Source: an uncultured Acidimicrobiia bacterium
GTDB taxonomy: Bacteria > Actinomycetota > Acidimicrobiia > Spongiisociales > Spongiisociaceae
Direction of reading: 5' to 3'
Length of the DNA stretch: 64,000 bases
Assembly (NCBI GenBank): GCA_958295745.1
Contig: OY282370.1
Coordinates: 1,770,548-1,834,547 of the forward strand
A program made the translations under genes and the position numbers. Position 1 is the stretch's first letter; each line of letters opens with the position of its first letter. Of this stretch, positions 38,777 through 47,957 are shown in pieces. The notes below the pieces were generated by a model. The model had not been told where the DNA came from and made no database searches. It saw only the letters and a program-made list of their open reading frames with translations.

Positions 38777-40315
38777 ATGGGGAACCTCTGGCTCGTCGGC
38801 ATGATGTGTTCCGGCAAGACCACGGTGGGCGGGCGCGCATCCGAGGCCCGCGCCACACCTTTCTTCGATGTGGACCGGCTGGTGGAGCTGCGGGCCGGGA
38901 AGTCCGTCGTGGACATATTCCGTCAGGACGGGGAGTCCGCCTTCCGGCGCTTGGAGGCGGCCGAGATCCGGCGCTTAGCGGACGATTCGCCGGGCGGCGG
39001 TGGCAGCAGCGGCGGCGGGGGCATGGTCGTCTCCACCGGCGGGGGGGCGGTGCTCGACGACCGGAACGTGGAGGCGATGCGCCGCACCGGGGCGGTGGTG
39101 TGGCTGGATGCCCCCGTTTCCGCTTTGGCGGCCCGGGTGGCGGGGGAGGAGCGGCCTTTGCTGGCCGGGGTGGACGCCCCCCGTTTTCTGGCGGAGATGC
39201 TCGACCGGCGGCGCCCTATGTATGAAGGGGCCGCCCACTACCGGGTCGACGCCGACCGTCCGGTTTCCGAAGTGGCCGCCGAGGTTTCCTGTTGCGCCCG
39301 GATCGCAGTCGGAGGCGCTTCGGAGATACTGATCGGGCCGGGCCTGACATCCCCTCTGCTTCCTCGGTCGTCCGGTCGCGAGCAGGCGGCGGTCATCACC
39401 CAGCCCGGCGCCATGCCGGCGGCCCGCCGGGTGATGGACCGGCTGCGGGCAGAGACAGACGCCGTGTTGATCGAAGTTCCCGACCGGGAGGAGGCCAAGA
39501 CCGTTGGGACCTTGGGGATGCTCTACACCCGGTTGGCGGAGCTGAACCTCGGACGCCACGACACGATCGTCGGGGTGGGCGGCGGGGCGGTAACCGATCT
39601 GGCCGGGTTCGCCGCGGCGACCTGGCTGAGAGGGATCGAGTCCGTGCTGGTTCCCACCACCCTGCTGGGGGCGGTGGATGCGTCCATCGGTGGCAAGACC
39701 GGAATCAACGTGTCGGGCAAGAATCTGGTGGGGGCCTTCTGGCATCCGTCCCGGGTGTCGGTCGGCCTCGACACGCTGGCCGCTCTGCCCGAGGATCTGA
39801 TCAGGGAGGGGGCGGCGGAGACGGTAAAGGCCGGTTTCATCGCCGACCCCGGGCTGGTGGAGCTGTTCACGGCCGACGGGATGTCTTTCCCGCTCGCCGA
39901 GGCGGTGAGGCGGGCGGTTGCCGTCAAGGCGGAGGTGGTCTCTTCGGACTTTCGCGAGGCCGGGCGCCGGGCGGTGCTCAACTTCGGCCATACGATCGGG
40001 CACGGCGTGGAGGCGGCGTGCGGGCTGGCGCACGGACACGCCGTTTCGGTGGGCATGGCGGCGGCGGCGGCCGTATCCGCGGACCGGTACGGGTTCGATC
40101 CGGGCGAGGTGCTGCTTCCGCTCGAACGGCTGGGCCTGCCCACCCGGATAGAGCAGGCCGACCGGGCCGAGATCCGCCGTCTGATCTCCCGTGACAAGAA
40201 GCGCACCGCGGCGGGATTGCGGATGGTTCTGTTGCGCGGGGTGGGGGATCCGGTGGTGGAGCAAGTGGACGAGGACGCCTTGGAGATCGGGTTTTCGGCG
40301 GTGGGTGTGTGTTGA
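38777..40315 (+). CDS. aroKB: Fused shikimate kinase / 3-dehydroquinate synthase
   Basis: GMMCSGKT and GESAFR..E, then GGGAVTDLAGF, DASIGGKTG, LNFGHT. Confidence 0.92.
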   Translation: MGNLWLVGMMCSGKTTVGGRASEARATPFFDVDRLVELRAGKSVVDIFRQDGESAFRRLEAAEIRRLADDSPGGGGSSGGGGMVVSTGGGAVLDDRNVEAMRRTGAVVWLDAPVSALAARVAGEERPLLAGVDAPRFLAEMLDRRRPMYEGAAHYRVDADRPVSEVAAEVSCCARIAVGGASEILIGPGLTSPLLPRSSGREQAAVITQPGAMPAARRVMDRLRAETDAVLIEVPDREEAKTVGTLGMLYTRLAELNLGRHDTIVGVGGGAVTDLAGFAAATWLRGIESVLVPTTLLGAVDASIGGKTGINVSGKNLVGAFWHPSRVSVGLDTLAALPEDLIREGAAETVKAGFIADPGLVELFTADGMSFPLAEAVRRAVAVKAEVVSSDFREAGRRAVLNFGHTIGHGVEAACGLAHGHAVSVGMAAAAAVSADRYGFDPGEVLLPLERLGLPTRIEQADRAEIRRLISRDKKRTAAGLRMVLLRGVGDPVVEQVDEDALEIGFSAVGVC

Positions 40316-40400
40316 CGCAGGTACATGACCATGATCCGACGTCGCCTGGGGAGAAGACCTGGACCTCTGTGCGGATGCCCTCTATTTGGAGATAACCGGC

Positions 40401-43048
40401 TTATCTGTACGGTAAGGCGGGGAGGCTGGCGGCTTCGGTTATTTCTTCGGGGTGGACCAGGGCGGTCATTTCGGCGCCGGTCGTGGTTACGATTTTCACG
40501 GCCACCGGTTGCCCCGTAGGCGGGAAGGGCTGGGAGCGCATGCTGACGATCTTGTCGATCGCGTCTTTGTCGGCCTTCTTGCCCAGTTCTTTCATGAGGC
40601 GCTTGAGGTTCCGTTCCTTGCGGGCGGCGGGCAGGTAGGTGAGGGTCGAGAAGAACGACGCTCCGTCGTGGTCGGTGTCGATCATCCAGGCGGCGATCTG
40701 GTTCGGTCCTCCGGCAACGACGCCGCCGGTCGCCGGGTCGTAGGTGTCGTAGCCGATCACCTCCACCGACACCCGCCCGTCCGGTTCGGGATGGAGGATG
40801 AGGTCGGGCTCGCCCAGCATGGTGAAGGATTCATCGCCGGGAGCGTCGGCGAGCTGGGTGATCTGCAGGTCCCGGTTGGCCTGGACTTTGAGCACCTCTA
40901 CGTCGCGGTAGGCGGTTTCGATGCCGGGGGTGAACGCCCATCCCACCACGATCAGATGCTTCACGTCGGGCAGGTGTTTCTTGGCTTCGTTGGCGGCGAG
41001 GGCGGCCTGCTGGCCGGTCACCGTGGCGTCGGGGGAGGCCAGCATCACCGCTGCCAAGAACTCGTCCTCTCGGTTGGGGGACTGGCAGAGAGCCCCGTGG
41101 GTGGTGAGCTTCCCGGTGGGCCATGGTTCCAGATCGACGACCTCCAACGCCTGCCGCCCGAACGCCGTTTTCACCGTTGCGCCCATCAGCCGTTCCACCA
41201 GGTTGGCCTGTGTTTGGGCGGCGGCCGTTCCCAGATCGTCGGGCCCGGCTTCGGGTTCGTGGAACGGGACGTAGGCGTAGGGCGATTCGGCCTCTACCGT
41301 AAAGGGTGAGCACACCCGCAACACCGAGCGGTCGTGCTTCGGTTTGTCCACCAGGTAGATGGTGTTCTCCGGGTCGTCCACCTTGTCGTAGGCGAGGGTG
41401 GCGGCGGAGACGCGTTGGATGGTTTTATACACGAACCCCACCGAAGGGTCGGCGGATCCCGGTATGTCGGAGTCGACCTCCCACCAGGGGTGGACTCCGG
41501 TGAGGACGCGCTGGCGGGCTATGGAGATTGAAACGGGGGAGGTATCGCAGGTGATCCACCGTCGTCCCCAACGCTCGGCGGCATCCGCCGTTACTCCCGA
41601 TCCGCAGGTAGGGTCGAACACCAGGTCGCCCGGGTCGGAAGCCATCAGGATGCACCGCTCCACTACCGAGGCGGCAGTTTCGACTACATAACGTTTTGCG
41701 CCGGGCTGTGGACGTTTGACTGTATGCCACACGTTGTCGATGCGATGGCCTGGTACCTCGTCTTCATACCACTTCCAATGGAGGCGTCGGCCTTCAACAT
41801 CGAGTCGTCCTAGTTGGGCGAGTCGGTCCATGCCGCTAAGGCCCTGCTCCCCCGTAGGAGAGGACTCTCCACTGGCGCGTGGCCCCATACCACCCCTTCC
41901 ATTGGGGAGTGTTCGCTCCTCAGGAGTGGACACTCTCCACTGGCGCGTGGCCCCTGAGTGGTATCTGACCCCATCATACTCATACCAACCCGTTCGCCCG
42001 GTATTTGATGCCCCTTGGGAGGTGAGGTTCATTCGTCTATAAATACGTGCCCCTGCAGGTAGATTCTCGTCGGGTTCTTTCCTTTCATATCGAGTTAGTT
42101 TACGGGTAGTACCATCTGGGAGCTCCACCATGACATAAGAGGCGAAGTGTTTGACGACTTCTGCTCGTGAAAGGGGTACATAAAGTTGTCTATACTTGAC
42201 CTTTTGGCTGTCCTTGGTATACCAAAGCAGATAGCTGGCTGATTCGGGTAGGTATCTTGAAGATGAACCTCCTGTGGGCCGCCAGGTTATGGTGGCCATC
42301 TTGTTTTCGTGGCCGAACACCTCGTCGCAAACCACTGCCAGTCGATGAACATGATCGTCTCCGATCTGGAGGAACAGCGACCCGCTTTCTGCTAATAGTT
42401 CGCGTATGAGCACCAGCTTTACATATATGGCGTCCAGATATGAGTGGATGCCGTTGCGGTAGCTGTCTCGGAAGGCGGTGACAGAGGCAGGATCGCCGAC
42501 CGGCACGCCGTCCCCTTTGTTGCTGACGTTGAGGTTGTTGGTAGAAGGTTGGAAGTTACTTCTATATCCTATTCCGTAGGGAGGGTCGAAGTAGACCACC
42601 TGTACTTGACCTGCGAGGTCTTCACGGGCCAGCAACGAGGACATTACGCGAGCCGATTCACCATGTATGAGGCGGTTCTGCCAATGACCCCGGTGCCGGT
42701 AGTACTCGAAGGCGGAATGGTCGGCGGGCAGGCCGTTGAAATCATCGAACAGGTTGGGGGTTACCCCTGCTTCGGGTCGGGTCAGCTGGTTGACGAAGGC
42801 GGTGGGCAGGACCTTCTCACGGATCGACAGCACCGGAGCGTCGAAGGTATTCTGGTCGTCGGCAGGGTCGCGGTTCCAGAAGAGAGTTGGATCAGTATTC
42901 GCATTCTCCGGGGGGGGGGGTGGTAACTGATAGGGGCGGCTTCGTCACCCGAGGCGCTTGCTTCTTCGGTGGGAAGGTTCACGCGGGACGCTTCCTGATG
43001 CCGGTAGGAACGCAGGGGTTTCGTTCGCTGTTTCCTTCTCCGTGCCAC
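40401..43048 (-). CDS. mod: Type III-like R-M adenine methyltransferase, frameshifted at a G11 tract
   Basis: DPPY and FDPTCGSG motifs. The N-terminal ORF (GTG 43048, RBS GGAGG) joins the main frame only if the tract is 9 or 12 nt long. Confidence 0.85.
42910..42920. repeat. G11 homopolymer (C11 on the coding strand)
   Basis: ...attctcc ggggggggggg tggtaact... Confidence 0.95.
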
Positions 43049-43060
43049 GGTGTCCTCCGT

Positions 43061-46012
43061 TCAATCAGTATCGCGGATGGCTTTATCGAGGTCGGTTCTG
43101 ACCCGTTGGGTTTCGTTCAGCTCCACCAATCCCCATCGGCGCAGTTCCGGGTCGATCGCCTCTGTTTTGGCCACCGAGGGAATCCAGTGCTCGATTACGA
43201 AACGTTTCTTGTGTTCCCACTTGGGGTCAGGGCGGCCCTTGCCTTCGATGATCAGGTTGAGTCCGTTGTCGAGCCTGGCTGCGAAGTCGGGAGTGTAGAG
43301 GTGCCAAACTCCGTCCGAGCGGTAGGGGATCGTCCAGCCCAGCTGAAAGTTGCGCGCCCAAGCCGTTACCCGCGGGTGCCGGTCGAGCTGCCGGGCGCAT
43401 TCCAGTTCGAGTCCGCTGTGGCAGGCGGCCAGGTTTAGTTCAGAGTGTGCAGTTTCATGTATGTAACTCAGCGTGGTCTCGAAGCGCACCTCGTCGGTGT
43501 CGCTCAGGGGAGGGAGTGCGAGCTTGGCCACCTGGATAGCGCCGCCTTTTGGAGTGGGGCGGCAGGCGGTCAGTATGCGGTCTACTACCTCCTCACGGTG
43601 GTCGGCTCGCAACAGCAGCATGGGGTCGTCTTCGGCTATGGAGATATGTGGATGGGATATCCATTGCTCAACGGCTCGGTAGGCGCCGCGGAAGAGTCCG
43701 CTCCGTCTATGGCCTGCCGCATCACCGTTGCTGAACACAAACCGGCGCACCACCATTGCCGCCAGGGTTGCCTTGGCGGTCTTCAGACGGGTGTCTTGGC
43801 GGCTGATCTCGATGATTTTCTCCTCGCCTGCCACCCCTGTGATCAACGTCATGGTGGGTATGTCACCTACGTCCACGGAGTAGGGCTCCACCAGGTCGGG
43901 GTGGAAGGTCAGGCCGTCCTGGGGCGGGATGGTCATGTACTGCTCCACCAACGGGAAGGTGATCCGGCGGTCTTGGCGGCCCGGTACGGTCTTCACGATG
44001 TGGATGGGTTTCGGCTCGGGCGGCTCGGGATCGATGGGGCCGGAAGGCATGAACTCGAAAGGTATCCCCACCACGTCGGCGTACTCGGGGTTGAGCAACC
44101 GGCGTATCCGTCCGCCGTCGTCGATCTCCCGCCAGTTCTCGTAGTCGACCCGGCGGAGCGCCCGACCCGTCACCTGTTCGCACAGCAGCTGGGTTCCGAA
44201 GCGGCGGTAGCCGAGTACGTGGGTGACGGTGCGGGTGTCCCAGCCCTCGGTGAGCATCGACACCGACACCACGCAGCGCACCCGCTCGCCCGGCCGGTCC
44301 GGTTTGCCGACCGTGTTCATCATCCGCCGCATCGCCATGACCGGATCGGCGGCTCGGTCGTCGAACCGGCCTACCTGGTCTTTCACCAGCTTGGCGAATT
44401 TGCCGGTGAGTTTCTCGTCGGTGTCGAGCTTGGAATGGACCAGCAGGGTGCGGGGATAATCTTTCCAGCCGCTCCCGTCGTCCCGGACGTTGGAGAAGAG
44501 CGGGAGTTCTCCCGGCCTGAAGGAACCGTCGCGCCCTTCGGCGCCGGCGATCCAGTCGTAGAGGGCGGCGGCGTTGGCGATGGTGTTGGCCACCACGATC
44601 ATCACCGGCGGGGTCTTGGTCTCCGCTTTCTCCCAAGTTCGGAAGGAGCGTTCGTAGTCGGCGTACAGGGCCGACATGGCGCCATCCAACGGTTCCTGCA
44701 GCGGTTCGCCGTTCGCTTTGATGCGCTTGTGATGCGAGTTGCCGTACAGGTTGCGCCATACGGTCTGGTCGGCGGAGGCGTCGTCGTCGCAGGGCACCCG
44801 CGGCACCTTGACCAGCCCCGACTCGATCGATTCCATCAGCCCGAAGTCGGACACCACCCATTCGAAGAGCCGGGGTCGCGCCTTGGAAGTGGTGTCGATC
44901 CACATGGGGGTGGCGGAGAAGTCGTATACGACGCTCGCTTGGCCGCGGCGGTCGTCCATCCGTCCGAGGTGTCCGGCGTCCCGCAGGGCGCGAATGGCGT
45001 TGAACCAGACGGCCGCCGCCTTGGAGTCGACGTCCTTTCCGCCCTTGTGACCCTTCTGGCCTGGAAGCCAGCAGTGATGGGCCTCGTCGTTGATCACCAC
45101 CAGGTCGCCGTAGGCGGAGGAAGGGCGGATCAGATCCCTGAGCACTCGTTCGGCGGCGGCTTGGCGCGACTCGCGGCCGGTGTCGTAGTCGACCTCCAGC
45201 AGCTTGCGGGCGTGTCCTGTGGCGCCGAGCAGGTCGCGGGGCTGGAAGGCCTGCCAGTTGACGACGGCCACCTTCGCCCGGTTGAGACTGCGGCGCAGCG
45301 GCCCCGGCGGGACCAGCCCGTATTCGTCGTAGATGTTGTCGGGGTGGGTGGGGCGCAGCACCGCCAGGCGGTCGCGGACGGTGAGGCCGGGGGCGATCAC
45401 GGCGAAGCGCTGGCCGTGATGCAGGTTCCGGCTTCGGGAAGTGCGGACGGCGTTGAGGGTCTGCCAGGCGATCAGCATCGCCATGACCACCGTCTTGCCG
45501 GTGCCGGTGGCCTGCTTGACGCAATGGCGGACGATCCCGTCGTTGTACCTGCGGGACAGTTCCTCGATGCTTCGGCGTTCCGGCGTCCCTCGGGTGGCGA
45601 CCTCCCGCAACCAGATCAGGGTTTCGATGGCTTCCTGCTGGGCGAAGAACGGCTGCTTCCGGCATTGCTCGCCGTCAGCCCAGTGGCGCAGGAGCTGCCC
45701 GGTGACGCGGGTGGCGCCCGGATAACCGTTGTTTCGCCAAGTCTTCACCTTGCCCCGGATGGCGTTGATGGTCTCGTTCAGGTCCTGGGTGGTCAGCTCG
45801 AGAGCGATCTGCGGATCGGAGTCCTTGGCGTCTTTGGGCGTGGACCGGACCGCCATGGATGGACGGCGGCCCGGCACGGGAAGGCGGCCCTTCATCGCCC
45901 GGCCCAGCCGATCCAGCCCCCAGTACCGGTCCGGTTCTTCGTAGGGGGAGCACAGCACCGGGTCTTGCGACGGGTCGTTGCCGACCCGGGTTGCCCTGCC
46001 GTTTTCGCTCAT
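43061..46012 (-). CDS. res: Type III-like restriction endonuclease/helicase subunit (BPTD_3080-like)
   Basis: ATGTGKT, INDEAHH, MLTEGWD, CEQVTGRALRR, C-terminal YTPDF...IIEGKG nuclease motif. Confidence 0.88.
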   Translation of the reverse strand: MSENGRATRVGNDPSQDPVLCSPYEEPDRYWGLDRLGRAMKGRLPVPGRRPSMAVRSTPKDAKDSDPQIALELTTQDLNETINAIRGKVKTWRNNGYPGATRVTGQLLRHWADGEQCRKQPFFAQQEAIETLIWLREVATRGTPERRSIEELSRRYNDGIVRHCVKQATGTGKTVVMAMLIAWQTLNAVRTSRSRNLHHGQRFAVIAPGLTVRDRLAVLRPTHPDNIYDEYGLVPPGPLRRSLNRAKVAVVNWQAFQPRDLLGATGHARKLLEVDYDTGRESRQAAAERVLRDLIRPSSAYGDLVVINDEAHHCWLPGQKGHKGGKDVDSKAAAVWFNAIRALRDAGHLGRMDDRRGQASVVYDFSATPMWIDTTSKARPRLFEWVVSDFGLMESIESGLVKVPRVPCDDDASADQTVWRNLYGNSHHKRIKANGEPLQEPLDGAMSALYADYERSFRTWEKAETKTPPVMIVVANTIANAAALYDWIAGAEGRDGSFRPGELPLFSNVRDDGSGWKDYPRTLLVHSKLDTDEKLTGKFAKLVKDQVGRFDDRAADPVMAMRRMMNTVGKPDRPGERVRCVVSVSMLTEGWDTRTVTHVLGYRRFGTQLLCEQVTGRALRRVDYENWREIDDGGRIRRLLNPEYADVVGIPFEFMPSGPIDPEPPEPKPIHIVKTVPGRQDRRITFPLVEQYMTIPPQDGLTFHPDLVEPYSVDVGDIPTMTLITGVAGEEKIIEISRQDTRLKTAKATLAAMVVRRFVFSNGDAAGHRRSGLFRGAYRAVEQWISHPHISIAEDDPMLLLRADHREEVVDRILTACRPTPKGGAIQVAKLALPPLSDTDEVRFETTLSYIHETAHSELNLAACHSGLELECARQLDRHPRVTAWARNFQLGWTIPYRSDGVWHLYTPDFAARLDNGLNLIIEGKGRPDPKWEHKKRFVIEHWIPSVAKTEAIDPELRRWGLVELNETQRVRTDLDKAIRDTD

Positions 46013-46102
46013 GTCCTACATGATGCCAGATGGCGGTGACATTTCCTGGACACGGGTGAGCGGCGAGTCGGGACCGGTTGGGAAAGGCTTTACAATGAGG
46101 GC

Positions 46103-46660
46103 ATGGTCTCCACCAACGATGTCAAGTCGGGTATGGCGCTCGATCTCTCCGACGGGCTGTTCCAGATCGTCGAGCACCAGCATGTGAAGCCGGGCAAGGG
46201 CCGGGCGTTCGTCCGCATGAAGCTCAAGAACCTGCGCTCGGGGGCGGTGGTCGACCGCACCTTCCGCGCCGACGAAGATGTGCCGCAGGCCATGATCGAC
46301 CGGCGGGACCACCAATACCTGTACCGGGACGACCTCGGCTACCACTTCATGAACCTGGAGACCTATGCCCAGTTCGCCTTGGCGGAGGAGGATGTCGGGG
46401 AGGCCAGAAACTACATCACAGAGGGCGCCACCGTGATGCTTCCCCTCTACCAGGACTTTCCGATCGGGGTGGAGCTGGCGGCCTCGGTCCGGCTCGAGGT
46501 GACCGGTGCCGAGCCTGCGGTCAAAGGCGACCGGGTGTCGGGCGCCACCAAGCCGGTCACGTTGGAAACCGGGCTGGTCGTTCAAGCGCCGCTCTTCGTT
46601 GAAGCCGGCGATGTCATCAAGGTAGATACCCGCTCCGGTGCCTACATCTCCCGGGTGTGA
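46103..46660 (+). CDS. efp: Elongation factor P
   Basis: HVKPGKG and LETG...KVDTRSGAY. Confidence 0.97.
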   Translation: MVSTNDVKSGMALDLSDGLFQIVEHQHVKPGKGRAFVRMKLKNLRSGAVVDRTFRADEDVPQAMIDRRDHQYLYRDDLGYHFMNLETYAQFALAEEDVGEARNYITEGATVMLPLYQDFPIGVELAASVRLEVTGAEPAVKGDRVSGATKPVTLETGLVVQAPLFVEAGDVIKVDTRSGAYISRV

Positions 46661-47070
46661 GCGCCGGCCCCCCTTTTCCGATGAAAGAACACGTGTCGCG
46701 GGACCGGGTGCTCGAAGCTCTCTACCAGGCCGATCTGCGCGAGTCCGCCGATCCGGCCGAGGGCTTGCAAGGCCGCAACCGGAGCTATGTGGAGGGGGCC
46801 TGGAGGGACGTCGAAGATCTGGACAGCCGGATCGAGGCGGTATCCGAACACTGGTCGGTGTCGAGGATGGCCGTCGTGGATCGGGCCATCCTGCGCCTGG
46901 CGTTGTACGAGCTCCTCAACGAGCGGACCCCGGCGGCGGTGGTGCTCGACGAGGCGGTCGAGCTGGCCAAGCGGTATTCGACCGAGAAGAGCGGCGCTTT
47001 CGTCAACGGGGTGTTGGCCGCCCTAGCCGCAGAGGTGAGGAGCGGCGAGATCCGTCCCGGACAAGGCTAG
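46657..47070 (+). CDS. nusB: Transcription antitermination factor NusB
   Basis: DRAILRLA and EAVELAKRYSTEKSGAFVNGVL. Confidence 0.95.
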   Translation: MSAGPPFPMKEHVSRDRVLEALYQADLRESADPAEGLQGRNRSYVEGAWRDVEDLDSRIEAVSEHWSVSRMAVVDRAILRLALYELLNERTPAAVVLDEAVELAKRYSTEKSGAFVNGVLAALAAEVRSGEIRPGQG

Positions 47071-47095
47071 AGAAGGGTGGATCGGGCGACAGGTT

Positions 47096-47590
47096 TCAGT
47101 CTTCGGTCCCTCCGGGCCTCCGCCAAGCCATAGCGTGGGCGGCGCCTAGGACGAGGGCTATCGCCAGGATACGCACCCGCCATGCGCCGTACAGATCGAT
47201 CCCGAGCGGCTCGTCGAGGGACCACCCGCCTGCTCCCATGAGCGCCACCGCCGCCGCAGCCGCCGCCAGGGTGATGACGTACTCGTAGCCCTCTCCCTTG
47301 TTGAAGATGAAGAAACCGTTGGACCGGTGATGGGTCAGGTACGCCACCAGCATCAGGGCCGCCGCCCCCGCCGCGGCTATGGATGTCAGCAGGCCCAAGA
47401 TCAGCCCAGCCCCGACGGCGATCTCGACCCACGAAGACAGCAACGCCTGGTAACGAGGGGCCCGCCACCCCAGACGTCCGAACCAGCGGGCGGTTCCATC
47501 GAAGTTGCGAAGGTGGTTGACCCCGTGGAGGGTCATCACCACCCCGATCCACACTCGCAGGATCAACAGCCCGAGATCGGCGACATCCAT
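47096..47590 (-). CDS. DoxX-family membrane protein
   Basis: LLILRVWIG..HG and GFFIFNKGEGYEY...GAGGWSLD. Confidence 0.85.
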   Translation of the reverse strand: MDVADLGLLILRVWIGVVMTLHGVNHLRNFDGTARWFGRLGWRAPRYQALLSSWVEIAVGAGLILGLLTSIAAAGAAALMLVAYLTHHRSNGFFIFNKGEGYEYVITLAAAAAAVALMGAGGWSLDEPLGIDLYGAWRVRILAIALVLGAAHAMAWRRPGGTED

Positions 47591-47653
47591 GTCGTCCGAT
47601 GTTAGATGTTCTTCGCCTCGGTGCGGGTAGGGATATCTTGCTATTGTCGTGAC

Positions 47654-47926
47654 ATGGCGAACCTGCAGGTCAGGAACATACCTGACACCCTTCACGAGCG
47701 CTTGCGCCGCTACGCAAGCATCAACAGTTGCACTATCAGCGCAGCAGTACTCACTGCCGTGGAGCGAGAGCTAGCGATGTGGGAGTGGCGCGAACATATG
47801 GCCGTCCGCCCCGAGACCGACCTCGGTGTGGAGGCGGCCGCCCTGATCGCCGAAGAACGCTCACAACGTAGCCGCGAGAGCGGGAGTTTCTGTCAGCACA
47901 CGCAGGCCGCGTCGGCGACCGGTTGA
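47654..47926 (+). CDS. FitA-like ribbon-helix-helix antitoxin (orphan)
   Basis: MANLQVRNIPDTLHERLRRYA...AAALIAEER. Confidence 0.7.
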   Translation: MANLQVRNIPDTLHERLRRYASINSCTISAAVLTAVERELAMWEWREHMAVRPETDLGVEAAALIAEERSQRSRESGSFCQHTQAASATG

Positions 47927-47957
47927 TTGCGGGCTGTTCCTCGAGAGGTCCTTGCTG

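Noticed and set aside
38777..40315. aroK-aroB fusion as a novelty
   Set aside because: This fusion is already well known in several bacterial lineages.
15414..46012. DISARM (DUF1998 helicase + SNF2 + methyltransferase)
   Set aside because: The genes are scattered over 30 kb among housekeeping genes. The DUF1998 helicase is the fused housekeeping type, no DrmC-like PLD is seen, and the methyltransferase pairs with its own res.
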